Shown here in pieces: positions 27,508-42,699 of a stretch of DNA of 64,000 nt. The position numbers were made by a program, and so were the translations under genes. The DNA lies in contig OZ024740.1 of assembly GCA_964016885.1 (NCBI GenBank), positions 247,442,001-247,506,000 on the forward strand, read 5' to 3'. The notes under the pieces were generated by a model, which saw only the letters and a program-made list of their open reading frames with translations, searched no databases and was not told where the DNA came from. The number at the start of each line of letters is the position of its first letter. Position 1 is the first letter of the stretch. Origin of the DNA: Eledone cirrhosa (lineage: Eukaryota).

Positions 27508-27593
27508 ACCTTTACCGAATCGGTTTCGCGTCTCAAAAATAAATGGACAGTCCTTGCGGCCTTCCATTTTAAAGATAAACTCTCGTCAGAAGG
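27508..27593 (-). ncRNA. Type I hammerhead ribozyme motif with intact core
   Basis: Minus strand CCTT-CTGACGA-G...(long stem II)...C-GAAA-CCGATTCGG-TA-AAGG; stems I and III pair. Confidence 0.75.
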
Positions 27594-27777
27594 TTCTTTT
27601 CACTCGGAGAATATAAAATTCTCGTGTTCAAATTACGAACTGGCGCTATTCAAAATTGTTCCCGAGATGAGAATGAATGATGTGGAAGCAATTCTGTCCA
27701 GTGCCGTGTGTAAAGATAGAAGCAGAGGCAGGGAGGTCAGTCTACTACCACTATAAATAGCAGCAGTCAAAACGTTG

Positions 27778-27799
<22 letters not shown>

Positions 27800-27814
<15 letters not shown>

Positions 27815-28559
27815 GAGGATGTCTGTGTGTCTGTTTCCCTAAAACTCGAGAAGTACCCAACCGGTTTTTTTCAAACTTTATACATGTAACTTGTATGACC
27901 CCGGAAGTGTTTTGAGCAAAATTTTCAATGCCCTAGGCGATTTAGCGATCTCTTTCTCTTTCTCTTAGTCTTTCTCTTTTTAGATAGATACATAGATATA
28001 ACGTCGCGCCTTCATAATATCTGACTGTATGCCTACTGTCTGCATTACGTCATTATGACGCGATCAGTGTGTGTGTGTATATATATTCTTATGCCAGGGA
28101 ACGTCTTCACGAACCAAAGTATCGTCTTCCTGTTTTCCAGATTGATTTTTTTAGTTTAAGAAGATCCCGTTAAGGTTGAAAGCAGCGATTCTTTGCTTAA
28201 ACATTAATATGTTATTTTAATATAGATATTCGTGTACAGATATTTTTGCACACACAAAAACAAAATATAAACAAACAAGGCCAAAGATTACATCAATTAG
28301 TCTTAGTGTATGTACTTCATACTGCTTTTAGGTAGACTATCCCGTTAAGGGTGAAAGCAGTGATTCTTTGCTTAAACTTTAGTCTGTTATTTTAATATAT
28401 ATATATATAATTATATATTTATGGACAGATATTTTTGCATACACAATAACAAAATATAAACAAACATATTTATTTCACGAGGTTCGATAAGGATAAATAT
28501 ATATCAAATATATAAGAACCCTATAGCAAATCCCGAGCAACGCCGGGCCATTCTGCTAG
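27800..28559 (+). mobile_element. Non-autonomous Helitron carrying PLE-terminal-like fragments
   Basis: 5' TATATAAAACAGAGGATGTCTGTGTG resembles the 46102 element; 3' CCCGAGCAACGCCGGG hairpin then CTAG|T. Confidence 0.8.
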
Positions 28560-28737
28560 TATATATATATAAATGAAGTATTTCCGTAGGAAAGTTGATG
28601 GTAAAGAGAGTGCTCTATGTAGGCTACAGAGCTTTTTAGTTATGTAAAAAGCAACATAAGTTAATTATATCATTTACCAATGGTTTCTTGAAGATAGGCA
28701 TAAGCATCTATCTTCAAGAAACCATTGGTAAATGAAA

Positions 28738-30363
<1,626 letters not shown>

Positions 30364-30849
30364 AATACATTATGAAGAGAGAAGAAACATTAGATATAAT
30401 TAATAATAAGATATATCATACCCAAACTGCTTCTTTAGTCCTCGACTACGTAGTTTCGTGGCATATTATGCAAAAACACTACATCACAGAGATATAGAAT
30501 TTGTGTGAGGTCTGCCGACTTATCAATAGGATACCTAAATAAGAGTTTCAAAACACGTCCGTAGGATGCGAGATAAAATCCCGAAAGGCGGAGGGTGAGT
30601 CAATCACGTGATACAGCGGTCAAGAAACAGATCTAAGCCTCTTATAACCCTGAAAAACTATCACGGAGGCGGAGTGGGTACTTATATCAAAGCCGTAGAA
30701 GAGGTGGCTAAGGTGGTGAGAAGTATGAGTAATGGTAGCTTTCCAGCAGTCACTACACTTCAAAGGTTACTCGACCAAAGGGAGTTATAAACAATATATA
30801 GAGAAACATACAGATACATGCGGACACATAAATATACATGAATATATCT

Positions 30850-31400
30850 GTACACAAGCTTCTTTATCATACATAAAAAATACTTTACCAATACAACCCC
30901 CATAATACTCTTGATTACCCGCTTAAAGTGCTTGTATTGCATATAGCACATTGCTGCACAATAATCTTATATAAATAAGACACACGTGCATGCCCCACGT
31001 TTTGCATACACTAACTACTTCAAACTATCCTCTTGCATTATCTTTGTAAACTGCCGATGTTGTATTTTAACTTTAATTTTGTTTTAATTTTCTTTTCATA
31101 TGATTTTAATTTTTGAATGTAAATTGCCATGCTAAAATATTATAATGGATGTCACCCCACTGTGCATCGATATATATACATATGTTTCTGTATGTCTCTT
31201 GTGTTGGAAAGGAGGTCATGTATGTAAACAATCATTAAAAATTGCTCCGAAGACTCCAAACCTCGGTTTGGATAAAACAATTGTAAGCTAATAAATGGTT
31301 TGAACAGAACTTTGATTCATGTGATTTCTATATAACTGCTCTGTACAACAACTGATGTTATTACATTGAGCTATTTATCTTACTGATAATAAGGTAGTAA
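30850..31400 (+). repeat. PLE-like 3' terminal region, family shared with 40400-40875
   Basis: Colinear similarity incl. TACCCGCTTAAAGTGCTTG and degenerate HHR CCGAAGA-CTCCAAACC..GGTTTGGAT-(G)AAA-CAATTG-TA. Confidence 0.6.
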
Positions 31401-31492
31401 TAAATTACTGTCTTTCACTGTTTAGGGTTTAAAATATATATAACTATAAAAAGTTTTAGTATATACATAACCATAAATAGTATCCTTAATAC

Positions 31493-31525
<33 letters not shown>

Positions 31526-31877
31526 TCGTGTGTGTATGAGTATGGAGAGATATGCATGTGTGTATATTTTACGTTATTATTGAGTACATGTGTGAGTGTG
31601 CGCGTCTGTGTGCCCTTATGTGAAGAAAAGACAACACGTTTTATGTGTCTGTTCGTATCTCCATGTAGACGCAAATACGCCTATGTGAGAAGGTATACGA
31701 CTATGTACTATTACGTATAAGCGCGTGGTTGAGTGTGTGTATGTTTATGTTCTGGATATTTAATTATATATTTTTTCCCCTCAATCCTTTTTACCCGTCA
31801 TTTGATTTCAGCCTCACTTTCATATTTCCTATATTTTTGTTTTCAAATCCATATTTAATAAACACACAATGTTATTT

Positions 31878-31942
31878 ATTCGTTCTGACGACTGAAGACA
31901 GATATAAATATCTGTCTTCAAGAAACCACTGGTAAATGAAAT
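31878..31942 (+). ncRNA. Type I hammerhead ribozyme motif with intact core
   Basis: TTCGTT-CTGACGA-CTGAAGACAGATA-TAAA-TATCTGTCTTCAA-GAAA-CCACTGG-TA-AATGAA. Confidence 0.78.
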
Positions 31943-32179
31943 AATTATCTTATGTTGTTTATTATATAACTATATATATATATGTAATAGAAGTGGAAGT
32001 TTAGTGAAATCGAAGCTTCGGCTGTAGCCAAGCCAACGAGACACAATGTGGTATTATGTAGCCAAGCACTCCATCAGGAATCTCAGAGTAATAACATTCG
32101 TTAGACGGCATGACAGATTGAAAACTGTGGCAGGCAAGCCTCGCCACGACACGGAAGCAAAAAAAAAAAATGTATATAC

Positions 32180-32338
<159 letters not shown>

Positions 32339-32614
32339 TGTGTGTGTGTGTCTGTGTGTGTGAATAAATATACACGGGTGTGTATGATTGTGTATAGAAG
32401 ATTATATTAATAAAAGGAATTCCAACTTTGTCTGATTAACTCGTTTTATTTACAATCCTTTAAAATCTTTAAAATTATAATGATATTATAATGAAATAGT
32501 ATGGTAGAATATTAAATGTTAATTGAATAATTACTTTCATGCTTTCGCAATCTTCAGGTTCAGATTCAGTGGTGGCAGTCAAGTTTGCAATTTTCGACTG
32601 TATATATATATATA

Positions 32615-33470
32615 TAAACGGAAAAAATGAAACGAAATTTCATTTCCCATTCTTAGTACGGCTGTTACTTAAATATAAGTGTGTATACGTACATACATAT
32701 ATGTATGTATACGTACATACATATATGTATACAGACGTACAGTAGTATGTATATATATATATACATACATGCACACATATATATGTACGTATGGATTCAC
32801 CGAACATTTATTATAATGCTCGGTGTGTTCGTAAACAAACATCCCGTATTATTGAACAAACGAGCAATGATGGTTGCTAGACACTACGGCTTAATAGGGG
32901 ATGTTTGTTTACAAACACACCGAGCATTATAATAAATGTTCGGTGAATCCATACGTACATATATATATGTGTGCATGTATGTATATATATATATACATAC
33001 TACTGTACGTCTATATACATATATGTATGTACGTATACATACTTATATTTAAGTAACAGCCGTGCTAAGAGGGGGAAATGAAATTTCGTTTCATTCTTTC
33101 CGTTTATCGTTTTCGGTGCACCCGGCCGATTAATCCACTCAATATGCAAATTAGGCTGTTCAGCAGAAGAAAGTATATACTTTCACACGTTCAATCATCT
33201 GGCAGGAAGGTATACGTTGCTGACGATAGCTAATAAGCTTGAAATTTGTACAGCGTTCCTTTGTCAGTGTTAAACAAACGAGCAACGATGGTAGCTAGAC
33301 ACTACGGCTTAATACGGGATGATTGTTTACAAACACACCGAGCATTATAATAAATGTTCGGTGAATCCATACGTACATATATATGTGCATGTGTGTATAT
33401 ATATATATGCATATTACTGTAGGTCTGTATACATATATCTATGTACGTATACATACTTATATATATATAT
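32615..33470. repeat. Second copy of the inverted/permuted HHR-bearing repeat family
   Basis: Matches 11380-12272; internal inversion 32615-32850 vs 32895-33105; HHR at 33214-33257. Confidence 0.75.
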
Positions 33471-33705
33471 ATGTGTGTGTGTGTCTGTGCGTATATATAT
33501 ATATATATACGATATTAAATAAATGGAAACTACATATATAAAACCATATTTATTTCATTATACATATTTCAGGGATACCAAATTATAATATGGCATGCCT
33601 TCGTCAGGTAAAATACAATATATAAACAGTTTTATAAATAATTTTGACGTACCATATTAGAAGCGACCATTATTTTTGGAGGCTGTCTGGATAAATCTAA
33701 TCTAA

Positions 33706-35749
33706 ATGAAAATGTTTTCAGATTTGGATAAAATGTTCAAATCTAAAAAAAATCCACCCCCCAACAAACTACTAATGGATTTTGAAAACGATATAATTTC
33801 TATCATCCAAAGAATCAAATTCAAGAGAAACTTCAAAGGCCAGGACTATTTAAGATGCATTAAAGATAATATTGAAAGCTTGGAAAAAACAGAGAAGATC
33901 TTAGTGAAATCGGACAAAACCAATAACCTTTATGGAGTACAAAAGGACACGTATAACGGCCTTATATTGAAAGAACTAAGGAAAAAGTACAAGGTAGCAA
34001 GTAAGGACGAACTGGAAAAAATGAATACAGAGGCATCTTGTATAATGCATGAATTAGACATTGAGAATAAAACACAACCCTTCATGCCTAGGAAACCCAA
34101 GATCAATATGAAAGATCACAAAAGAAATTTTGAAAATGATTTGCCAGTCAGATTGATTGCACCATCAAAATCTGACCTGGGAAAACTTAGCAAAAACATT
34201 CTAGACAGGGTAATACAGCAAATTAAAAACTTACATAATTTACCTTACTTAAAGTTATGGAAGGGGACTGGTGAGGTTATTGAGTGGTTTAAAGAAATTA
34301 GATATAACTATAATAATAAGTTTATTCAACTTGATATTGCTAACTACTATTCATCTATCACTCCTAATCTACTGAATAAGGCACTAAATTACGCATTTAA
34401 ACATACCGACCTAACTAGCAATGAAATGCACATTATATTATCGGCAAGGAAAACATTGATAGAATTTAATAACCAACTATGGACTAAGGCAGATAGAGAT
34501 AATAATTTCGACATAACTATGGGATCATCTGACTTAGCTCAGGTAACGGACCTTGTGGGCCTATTTATAATTAATTCGCTACATAGAAAAATACCAGGTG
34601 TAACCGGAGGATTATATCGTGATGACATGCTTTTACTTATTGAAAATAATAGCTGTGAACTAAATAGAAAAAGAAAACAAATTATACAATTTTTTAATTA
34701 CCTTAATCTAAAAATAGAAATAGAGAATAACCATAGAATAGTCAATTTTCTGGATGTAACACTAAATCTCAACACATGTCTTCACTATCCATTTCACAAA
34801 CCAAATGAGAACTTGAATTACGTCAATTTTAAATCTAATCACCCAGATCTGTTAAAAATACTATAGTGAACTCTGTTCAAGAACGAATTTCAAGAATTTC
34901 ATCTAATAAAAATATTTTTGATGAAAAAGCGCAGTATTACAATGAAGCGTTAGCTAGAGCAGGATATAGAGATAAAATAAAGTACATCGATAATAATAAG
35001 CAAACTAACCAAAATAATAACAATTTTAATTACGGTAACAACATTAACAACTATAATAGAAAACATTACAATAATTCCAAAAGCCGAAAAAGAAATAGAA
35101 CTAAATATTAAAACCCATATTGCTACACTATTCTTTAATGCTCTTGACAAACGCTTCCCTAGAACACATAAATATCACTCAATTTTTAATAGACACACTA
35201 TAAAATTAACTTACTCGTCCACCAAAAATTTAGCACAAAATATTAACAGAATTAATAATAGGAATTTAAAACCTAACCAAAATACCAATAATAACACAAA
35301 CAATATTCAATTAAATAACTGTAACTGTAGAAATAAATCTAACTGTCCGTTAAATAACAACTGCTTAGCTAAAAATGTAATGTTAAAATTGTAATGTTAA
35401 AACTAATTTAAATTCTTTCAACTATGTTGGTTCCACCTCGACAGAATTTAAACTTCGCTTCAATAATCATAAGAATTCTTTCACAGATCCAAACAAAAAA
35501 TCCTCAACTTCGCTGTCAAGCCTACTCTGGAACCTTAAACAATATAATGTTAAATATTCGATGTTTTGGAATATTGTCTCAAAAGGGATTCCTTTTAATT
35601 CCTCAACAGAGACTTGCGATCTTTGTGTAGAGGAAATATTCTTTATATTAAAGTCCAAAAATTCCCTTAATTTAAGGAGCAATTTATTCAGTTGCTGCAG
35701 ACATAGATTAAACTCAACGTTTAAATATAAATATAAATTTAAAATGTAG
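33706..35749 (+). pseudogene. PLE RT + C-terminal GIY-YIG endonuclease, frameshifted
   Basis: 386 aa open RT (KSDKTNN, IQLDIANYYSSI, ITMGSSD, GGLYRDD, VNFLDVTL), then CNCRNKSNCPL, YVGST, CDLCVEE...CCRH in shifting frames. Confidence 0.92.
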
Positions 35750-36188
35750 TATAATTAATTAAGAAATTTAGTTAATATATGAAACCTGACGATAAATTAT
35801 TTGATTCCTTCAACTTTTTCCTTTTAAACTTTCTTCCTAAATATAAACAAGGATATAATAAACTACTCTAAAATGTATATGCTCCCAATGTATTAAATAA
35901 AATTTACGTAAGATAAATTTCTATACTAAATATAAGGGCATCCGTAGAATCACTGGGTCTTCTAAATCTTTTAAATAATTTTTGTTTTTTATTTGTTTTT
36001 TGACTCTGATAGCTTCTAATAACTTTCATTTGTCTACACTTGCAATATCTTGTTTGAGATATAGGTAGGATAGATTTCTATAATAAATATATGAAGCATA
36101 TTGTTTTGGCTTGAGATACTCTATAGTGTGTTAAAGATTTTTTAATGCTTTGATATCTCTGTATTAATATATTGATATTTGATTATCT

Positions 36189-37322
36189 CTATACAAAGGC
36201 CATTTGTGTGTATTAACATGCATATAATGGGTTTATGGAGTTTATTTATGTGTTCGTATATATGTCTGTATATGTGCATAACGATGCTGGAAAACTCACG
36301 CAGATATTTATTTATACATATATATATGTATATGTATGGTTCTGTGTGTATATGTTGATGTGTGGTGCAGATGTGCATAATATTAAATACATATACTGTG
36401 ACATTTTTATAACACAAGAAATGTAGAGAAGTGATCAGCTGAAATCATTTGTATGAAATCATTATTGACTAGAGTAGACATAATTTTCTCTTTTTTTTTT
36501 TTTTTTTTTTTTCAGAACGTACATATGCGTGTATATATATATACATATATGTATCCGTATTTTTATAAATAGGGTAATTTTTGAAGGTTTTAACTCAGAT
36601 TTTGGTATATTGACCTCAGAGTTTTTAAACTAAACATATGGTCATTATTGAACAATGTTATTTTCTCATATTATATATCTATGTCTCATTCATGAATATT
36701 GATATTTGCATTTTTATTATTCAATTCATATGAATTGTTAATTCAACTTAATATGACATGACGTAAAGTTGTCACTGTATCCTCTTCTCTCTATATAGTA
36801 CTTCCTCTCTCTTGAGTTTCTCTATCTGTATGATGAATTATTATCTCTCTGTTGCTTTCTTTTGCCTTTCTTTTTTCTTTTTCATTTCCTCCTATCTATT
36901 TATATATATCTTCCTTTTTTCTCTCTCTCCTTCTTTTTCTCTCTCCTTCTCTCTCTCCGTTTTTTCTTTCTCTCCGTTTTTTTCTTTCTCTCCGTCTTTT
37001 TTCTAACTGTGCTTAACACTATAACTAATAAAATAATTATAAACATCTCACTATCCAGACAGCCTCCAAAAATAATGTTCGCTTCTAATATGGTACGTCA
37101 AAATTATTTATAAAACTGTTTATATATTGTATTTTATCTGACGAAGGCATGCCATATTTTAATTTGGTATCCCTGAAATATGTATAATGAAATAAATATG
37201 GTTTTATAAATATAGTTTCCATTTATTTAATATCGTATATCTACTCCAAAAACTTGTCGAGTGCTTTATATCAGTTATAAAATATTTACTTGTTGTATCC
37301 CAACAATTTTAAATAAAACTTT

Positions 37323-37375
<53 letters not shown>

Positions 37376-37451
37376 GTATATAAATATTTGTATCTATACA
37401 TGTATATATATCTATATATCTATACATATATGTATATAAATATTTGTATCT

Positions 37452-37516
<65 letters not shown>

Positions 37517-37577
37517 CATATATATATATGTATATACATATATGTATATATATATGTATATATATATGTATATAGAT

Positions 37578-37622
<45 letters not shown>

Positions 37623-37696
37623 GATACAAATATTTATATACATATATGTATAGATATATAGATATATATACATGTATAGATACAAATTTTATATAC

Positions 37697-37753
<57 letters not shown>

Positions 37754-38843
37754 AAAGTTTTATTTAAAATTGTTGGGATACAACAAGTAAATATTTTATA
37801 ACTGATATAAAGCACTCGACAAGTTTTTGGAGTAGATATACGATATTAAATAAATGGAAACTATATTTATAAAACCATATTTATTTCATTATACATATTT
37901 CAGGGATACCAAATTAAAATATGGCATGCCTTCGTCAGATAAAATACAATATATAAACAGTTTTATAAATAATTTTGACGTACCATATTAGAAGCGAACA
38001 TTATTTTTGGAGGCTGTCTGGATAGTGAGATGTTTATAATTATTTCATTAGTTATAGTGTTAAGCACAGTTAGAAAAAAGACGGAGAGAAAGAAAAAAAC
38101 GGAGAGAAAGAAAAATAAATAGATAGGAGGAAATGAAAAAGAAAAAAGAAAGAAATAAGAAAGGCAAAAGAAAGCAACAGAGAGATAATAATTCATCATA
38201 CAGATAGAGAAACTCAAGAGAGAGGAAGTACTATATAGAGAGAAGAGGATACAGTGACAACTTTACGTCATGTCATATTAAGTTGAATTAACAATTCATA
38301 TGAATTGAATAATAAAAATGCAAATATCAATATTCATGAATGAGACATGGATATATAATATGAGAAAATAACATTATTCAATAATGACCATATGTTTAGT
38401 TTAAAAACTCTGAGGTCAATATACCAAAATCTGAGTTAAAACCTTCAAAAATTACCCTATTTATGAAAATACGGATACATATATGTATATATATATATAC
38501 ACGCATATGTACGGTCTGAAAAAAGAAAAAAAAAAAAAAAAAGAGAAAATTATGTCTACTCTAGTCAATAATATAGACATACAAATGATTTCAGCTGATC
38601 ACTTCTCTACATTTCTTGTGTTATAAAAATTTCACAGTATATGTATTTAATATTATGCACATCTGCACCACACATCAACATATACACACACAACCATACA
38701 TATACATATATATATGTATAAATAAATATCTGCGTGAGTTTTCCAGCATCGTTATGCACATATACAGACATATATACGAACACATAAATAAACTCCATAA
38801 ACCCATTATATGCATGTTAATACACACAAATGGCCTTTGTATA
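36189..38843. repeat. Large imperfect palindrome (~1.3 kb arms)
   Basis: 36189-37460 mirrored by 37610-38843, including the interrupted TA microsatellite. Confidence 0.9.
37129..37193 (+). ncRNA. Hammerhead ribozyme motif in PLE 3' terminal repeat
   Basis: ATTTTAT-CTGACGA-AGGCATGCCA...TGGTATCCCT-GAAA-TATGTA-TA-ATGAAAT; inverted copies at 33553-33617 and 37883-37947. Confidence 0.75.
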
Positions 38844-38848
38844 TATAT

Positions 38849-38978
<130 letters not shown>

Positions 38979-38994
38979 TGTGTGTGTAAAATTA

Positions 38995-40230
38995 CTGGTT
39001 TGAAGAACTATTAGTTAAAATATATAGTCTTTCCTATCCCTAGTTCGTATAAATCAACCACATAAATAATCATTTAAACGAGGCTATAAGCTCTGATTAA
39101 TGATTATTTGCTTAATTAATTCTTCAATGAGCCACACCCTGAAAGGTAGCCACACTCATATATGTATCTGTGACTATGTCTAAATATATACATATATCCC
39201 TATGAATTTAATATATATTCCCGTTAGGTAGAGTAACACTTTAGGTAGTATATGGCTGCACTTTCTAGCAACCAGCCTACTCGCCGTCTGGCAACCAATC
39301 ACAATCTTCTGCCTCGACCACTAGTCACGTGATGATTCTTAGCCATTTTTGAATTAATTTCTGGCGGGGATCACGGTAGAATTTTAGTCCAGACTCGAGG
39401 CGTCTCTTGATATGTTCCAAGCCTCATGGATAGGTCCAGGATCAGATATATCCGCATAAAAGGATCGAAACTGCCGGTAATCGAGACTAGATGAATTTTG
39501 GTAAAGTTTATATGCATTTTTCCTTCAAACTTCTATTTTAGGCCTAACTCCGTTTAGTTGATTATTTGTCTAGTTAATTTCTATGGGCTAAGTGGAATGA
39601 CTAGATAAATTTTATCTGGCTGTTCCTCGCGGAAAATAGTCTGTATCATTTGTCTATTATTTCTTCATAGTTACATTTTATACTTATAGCCTCGTCTAAA
39701 TAATTATTTATGTGGTTGATTTATACGGACTAGGGAGAGGAAAGACTGGGTATATTGTATCTAATAGTTCTTAAAACATGCAATTTTATATATAGCTCAT
39801 ATTAATGATTATTTGCTTAATTAATTCTTCATTGAGCCACACCGTGAACGGTAGCCACAGTCATATATGTATCTGTGATTATGTCTAAATATATACATAT
39901 ATGCCTATGATTTTAATATGTATATATGTATATATATATACCCTATTTATATGCTATATATAGATATATATATATAAATATATATGCCATAAATATATCA
40001 TATATTAATATATATTCTCCATATATTCCATATATATATATATTTATATATATATATAATATTAAGGATACTATTTATAGTTATGTATATTTTAAACTAC
40101 AAACAGGGAAGGTCAGTAGTTTGTTCCTACCTTATTACCAGTAAGATAGTTAATTTCTACGGGCTAAGAGGAATGACTAGATAAATTTTATCTGGTTGTT
40201 CCTCGCGGAAGATAGTCTGTATCATTTGAT
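38995..40230. repeat. Scrambled direct and inverted repeat cluster, probably PLE terminal repeat derived
   Basis: 39000-39090 inverted with 39680-39775; 39095-39215 direct with 39800-39920; 39570-39650 direct with 40148-40228. Confidence 0.6.
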
Positions 40231-40875
40231 ACAATGTAATAATATCAGTTGTTCTACAGAGCAGTTATATAGAATTCACAAGAATCAAATCTATGTTCAA
40301 AGGATTTATTCACTTACAATTGTTTCATCCAAACCTAGGCTTGGGGTCTTGTGAAAATGGTGGTGGATTCGAAAACTATAACTTTCTTTTTCTTTTTCTG
40401 CACACATACTTCTTTATCCAAAAATTACCCTACCACTACAACCACAACAATACTCTTGCTTACCCGCTTAAAGTGCTTGCATTACATGTAACACCTTCCC
40501 ACACAATACTCGTATATAAATGAGACACACTTGCATGCTCCATGTATGACTAACGCATACACTATCTACTAGATCTGATTATCGAACTATCCTCTTGCAT
40601 TATCTGTGTTATCTGCCGCATGTATTTTAATTTAAATTTAAATTTTGATTTTGAATTTGAATTGCTGTACAAATATAGTATAGTATAATATATGTCACTC
40701 CATTGTACTTCAATATATATATATATGTATCTGTACGTCTCTTGCGTTGGATAGGAGGTCAATTATATGTACAAGCATTGAAAAATGCCCCGAAGACTCT
40801 AAGCGTAGGTTTGGATGAAACAATAGTAAGTGAATAAATGCTTTAACCATAGCTTTGATTCTTGTGAATTCTCTC
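40228..40875 (+). mobile_element. 5'-truncated PLE-like 3' end with inverted terminal copy
   Basis: 40270-40350 is the reverse complement of 40793-40872, which contains CCGAAGA...GAAA-CAATAG-TA. Confidence 0.6.
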
Positions 40876-40879
40876 TATA

Positions 40880-41419
40880 TATATAAATGGAAAAGAATGA
40901 AATGAAATTCCATTTCTCACTCTTAGTACGGCTGATACTTAAATGTATGTATGTATACGTACATACATATATGTATACAGACGTACAGTAGTATGTATAT
41001 ATATACATACATGCACACATATATATATGTACGTATGGGTTTACGGAACATTTGTTATAATGCTCGGTTTGTTTGTAAACAAACAGCCCGAATTAAGCCG
41101 TACAGTGTTCGCTAACCATCGTTGCCCTTTTGTTCAACACTGACAAAGGAACGATGAACTAGTTTCAAGCTTATTAGCTATCGTCAGAATCGTATACCTT
41201 CCTGTCAAATGATTGAACGTTTGAAAGTATATACTTTCCTTATGCATATTAATGGCTGAGCAGCCTAATTTGCATATCGAGTGACTTAGTCGGCCGGGCG
41301 CACCGAAAACGATAAATGGAAAAGAATGAAATGAAATTTCATGTCTCACTCATTACATACTACTACATTACATACTACTGTACGTCTGTATACATATATG
41401 TATGTACGTTTACATACTT

Positions 41420-41420
<1 letters not shown>
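40880..41420 (-). repeat. Third copy of the HHR-bearing repeat family
   Basis: Matches 11380-11830; terminal redundancy ATAAATGGAAAAGAATGAAATGAAATT at 40882 and 41312. Confidence 0.7.
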
Positions 41421-41515
<95 letters not shown>

Positions 41516-42181
41516 GTCATATATAAACATATATATGAAACTTCTTTTCTATCGCCCGCGACATAACAATCTTGCTATTAATTAAGGAAAACTATACACG
41601 GAATATTTCTCCCCCTATATTTTATGCTAATTCACATGTTTCACAAACTATTATATACATAAGCATTTTGACAAAAATAAAAATTGATAGCAGCCCATAA
41701 ATTGTGTATAATAATTGTATTATAACTAGTGGAAATAATCTGACCTCCATTTCCCTTCTGAGACACCTTCTTTAAACGCTTTAGGTCAGTGTTATAGCCT
41801 AATACACATTAACCCAGGCGCCTTAAACTCAAGGGTTGAAAAGCTTCATTACGTGAAGGGGAAGAGGTATATCAGGCCAAACGTGGACTGAAGAGGCGTT
41901 ATTTCCACCAGATATAATGTTGGAATAATAGTGACCTGGAAGTAAATAATAACAATAATAACAGCAATAAGATTGATGATTCTAAAAGATGACAAAAGCA
42001 GGTTTGTTACTTACTGGAAAGTCTCATCGTTGTTGTTTAACGGTATCTTAACAAGTAACAACTCTAATGGATTATCTTGTATTAATGTATGCCTATATAT
42101 ATATGCATATATATATACACACACTTCCCCCCCCCCCCCCCACACCCACACCCACACACACTCACACCCACCCCCACCCCC

Positions 42182-42223
<42 letters not shown>

Positions 42224-42319
42224 GAGGAAGTTTCGTTTACATGTGAAAAACATTTATTGAGCATCGACCTGTTAGATAAATATAGATAAATGTAATCTGT
42301 GTTTTTCGAATATTAATAA

Positions 42320-42507
42320 TTGTTTCTACTTTAGGCACAAGGCCAGCAATTATCCAGTGCATTACTGGTACTTTATTTTATCGACCCCGTAAGGATGAAA
42401 GGCAAAGTCAACCTCGGCGGGATTTGAACTCAGATCGTAAAGGGACGTAACTATGCTGGAAAGCATGGCGTCCGACCCTCTACCGATATACTGCCAATCC
42501 ACCGCCC
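42320..42507 (-). mobile_element. tRNA-derived SINE
   Basis: Full-length family copy; TSD TATTAATAAT. Confidence 0.88.
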
Positions 42508-42699
42508 TTTTATTAATAATAACATTCGATTCGTTTGCAATTATGCAAATAAGCCTCATTTTTAAAGCCATGTCAGTAAAAGGAACCCTTCATTCTTGCT
42601 CTTGTGTTGGCATGTAAACAGACCTAGGTACTAATGTTTCTGGGTTTCACCCTTAATCAGTACAGCTCACTGTTCACCAGCCAACTGTCAGGGAAAATA

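Larger units (their letters stand above)
33510..37320 (+). mobile_element. Penelope-like retroelement with 5' inverted terminal repeat
   Basis: 33510-33692 is the reverse complement of the 3' terminus 37052-37236; RT and GIY-YIG ORFs between. Confidence 0.9.

Noticed and set aside
27501-27567. ATG...CAT A|GTGAGT on minus strand as a phase-compatible first exon for the 20114-20286 exon
   Set aside because: The sequence is the body of a hammerhead motif in a repeat and the peptide (MEGRKDCPFIFETRNRFGKGNH) is not a typical signal-peptide start; phase match may be chance. Needs RNA-seq.
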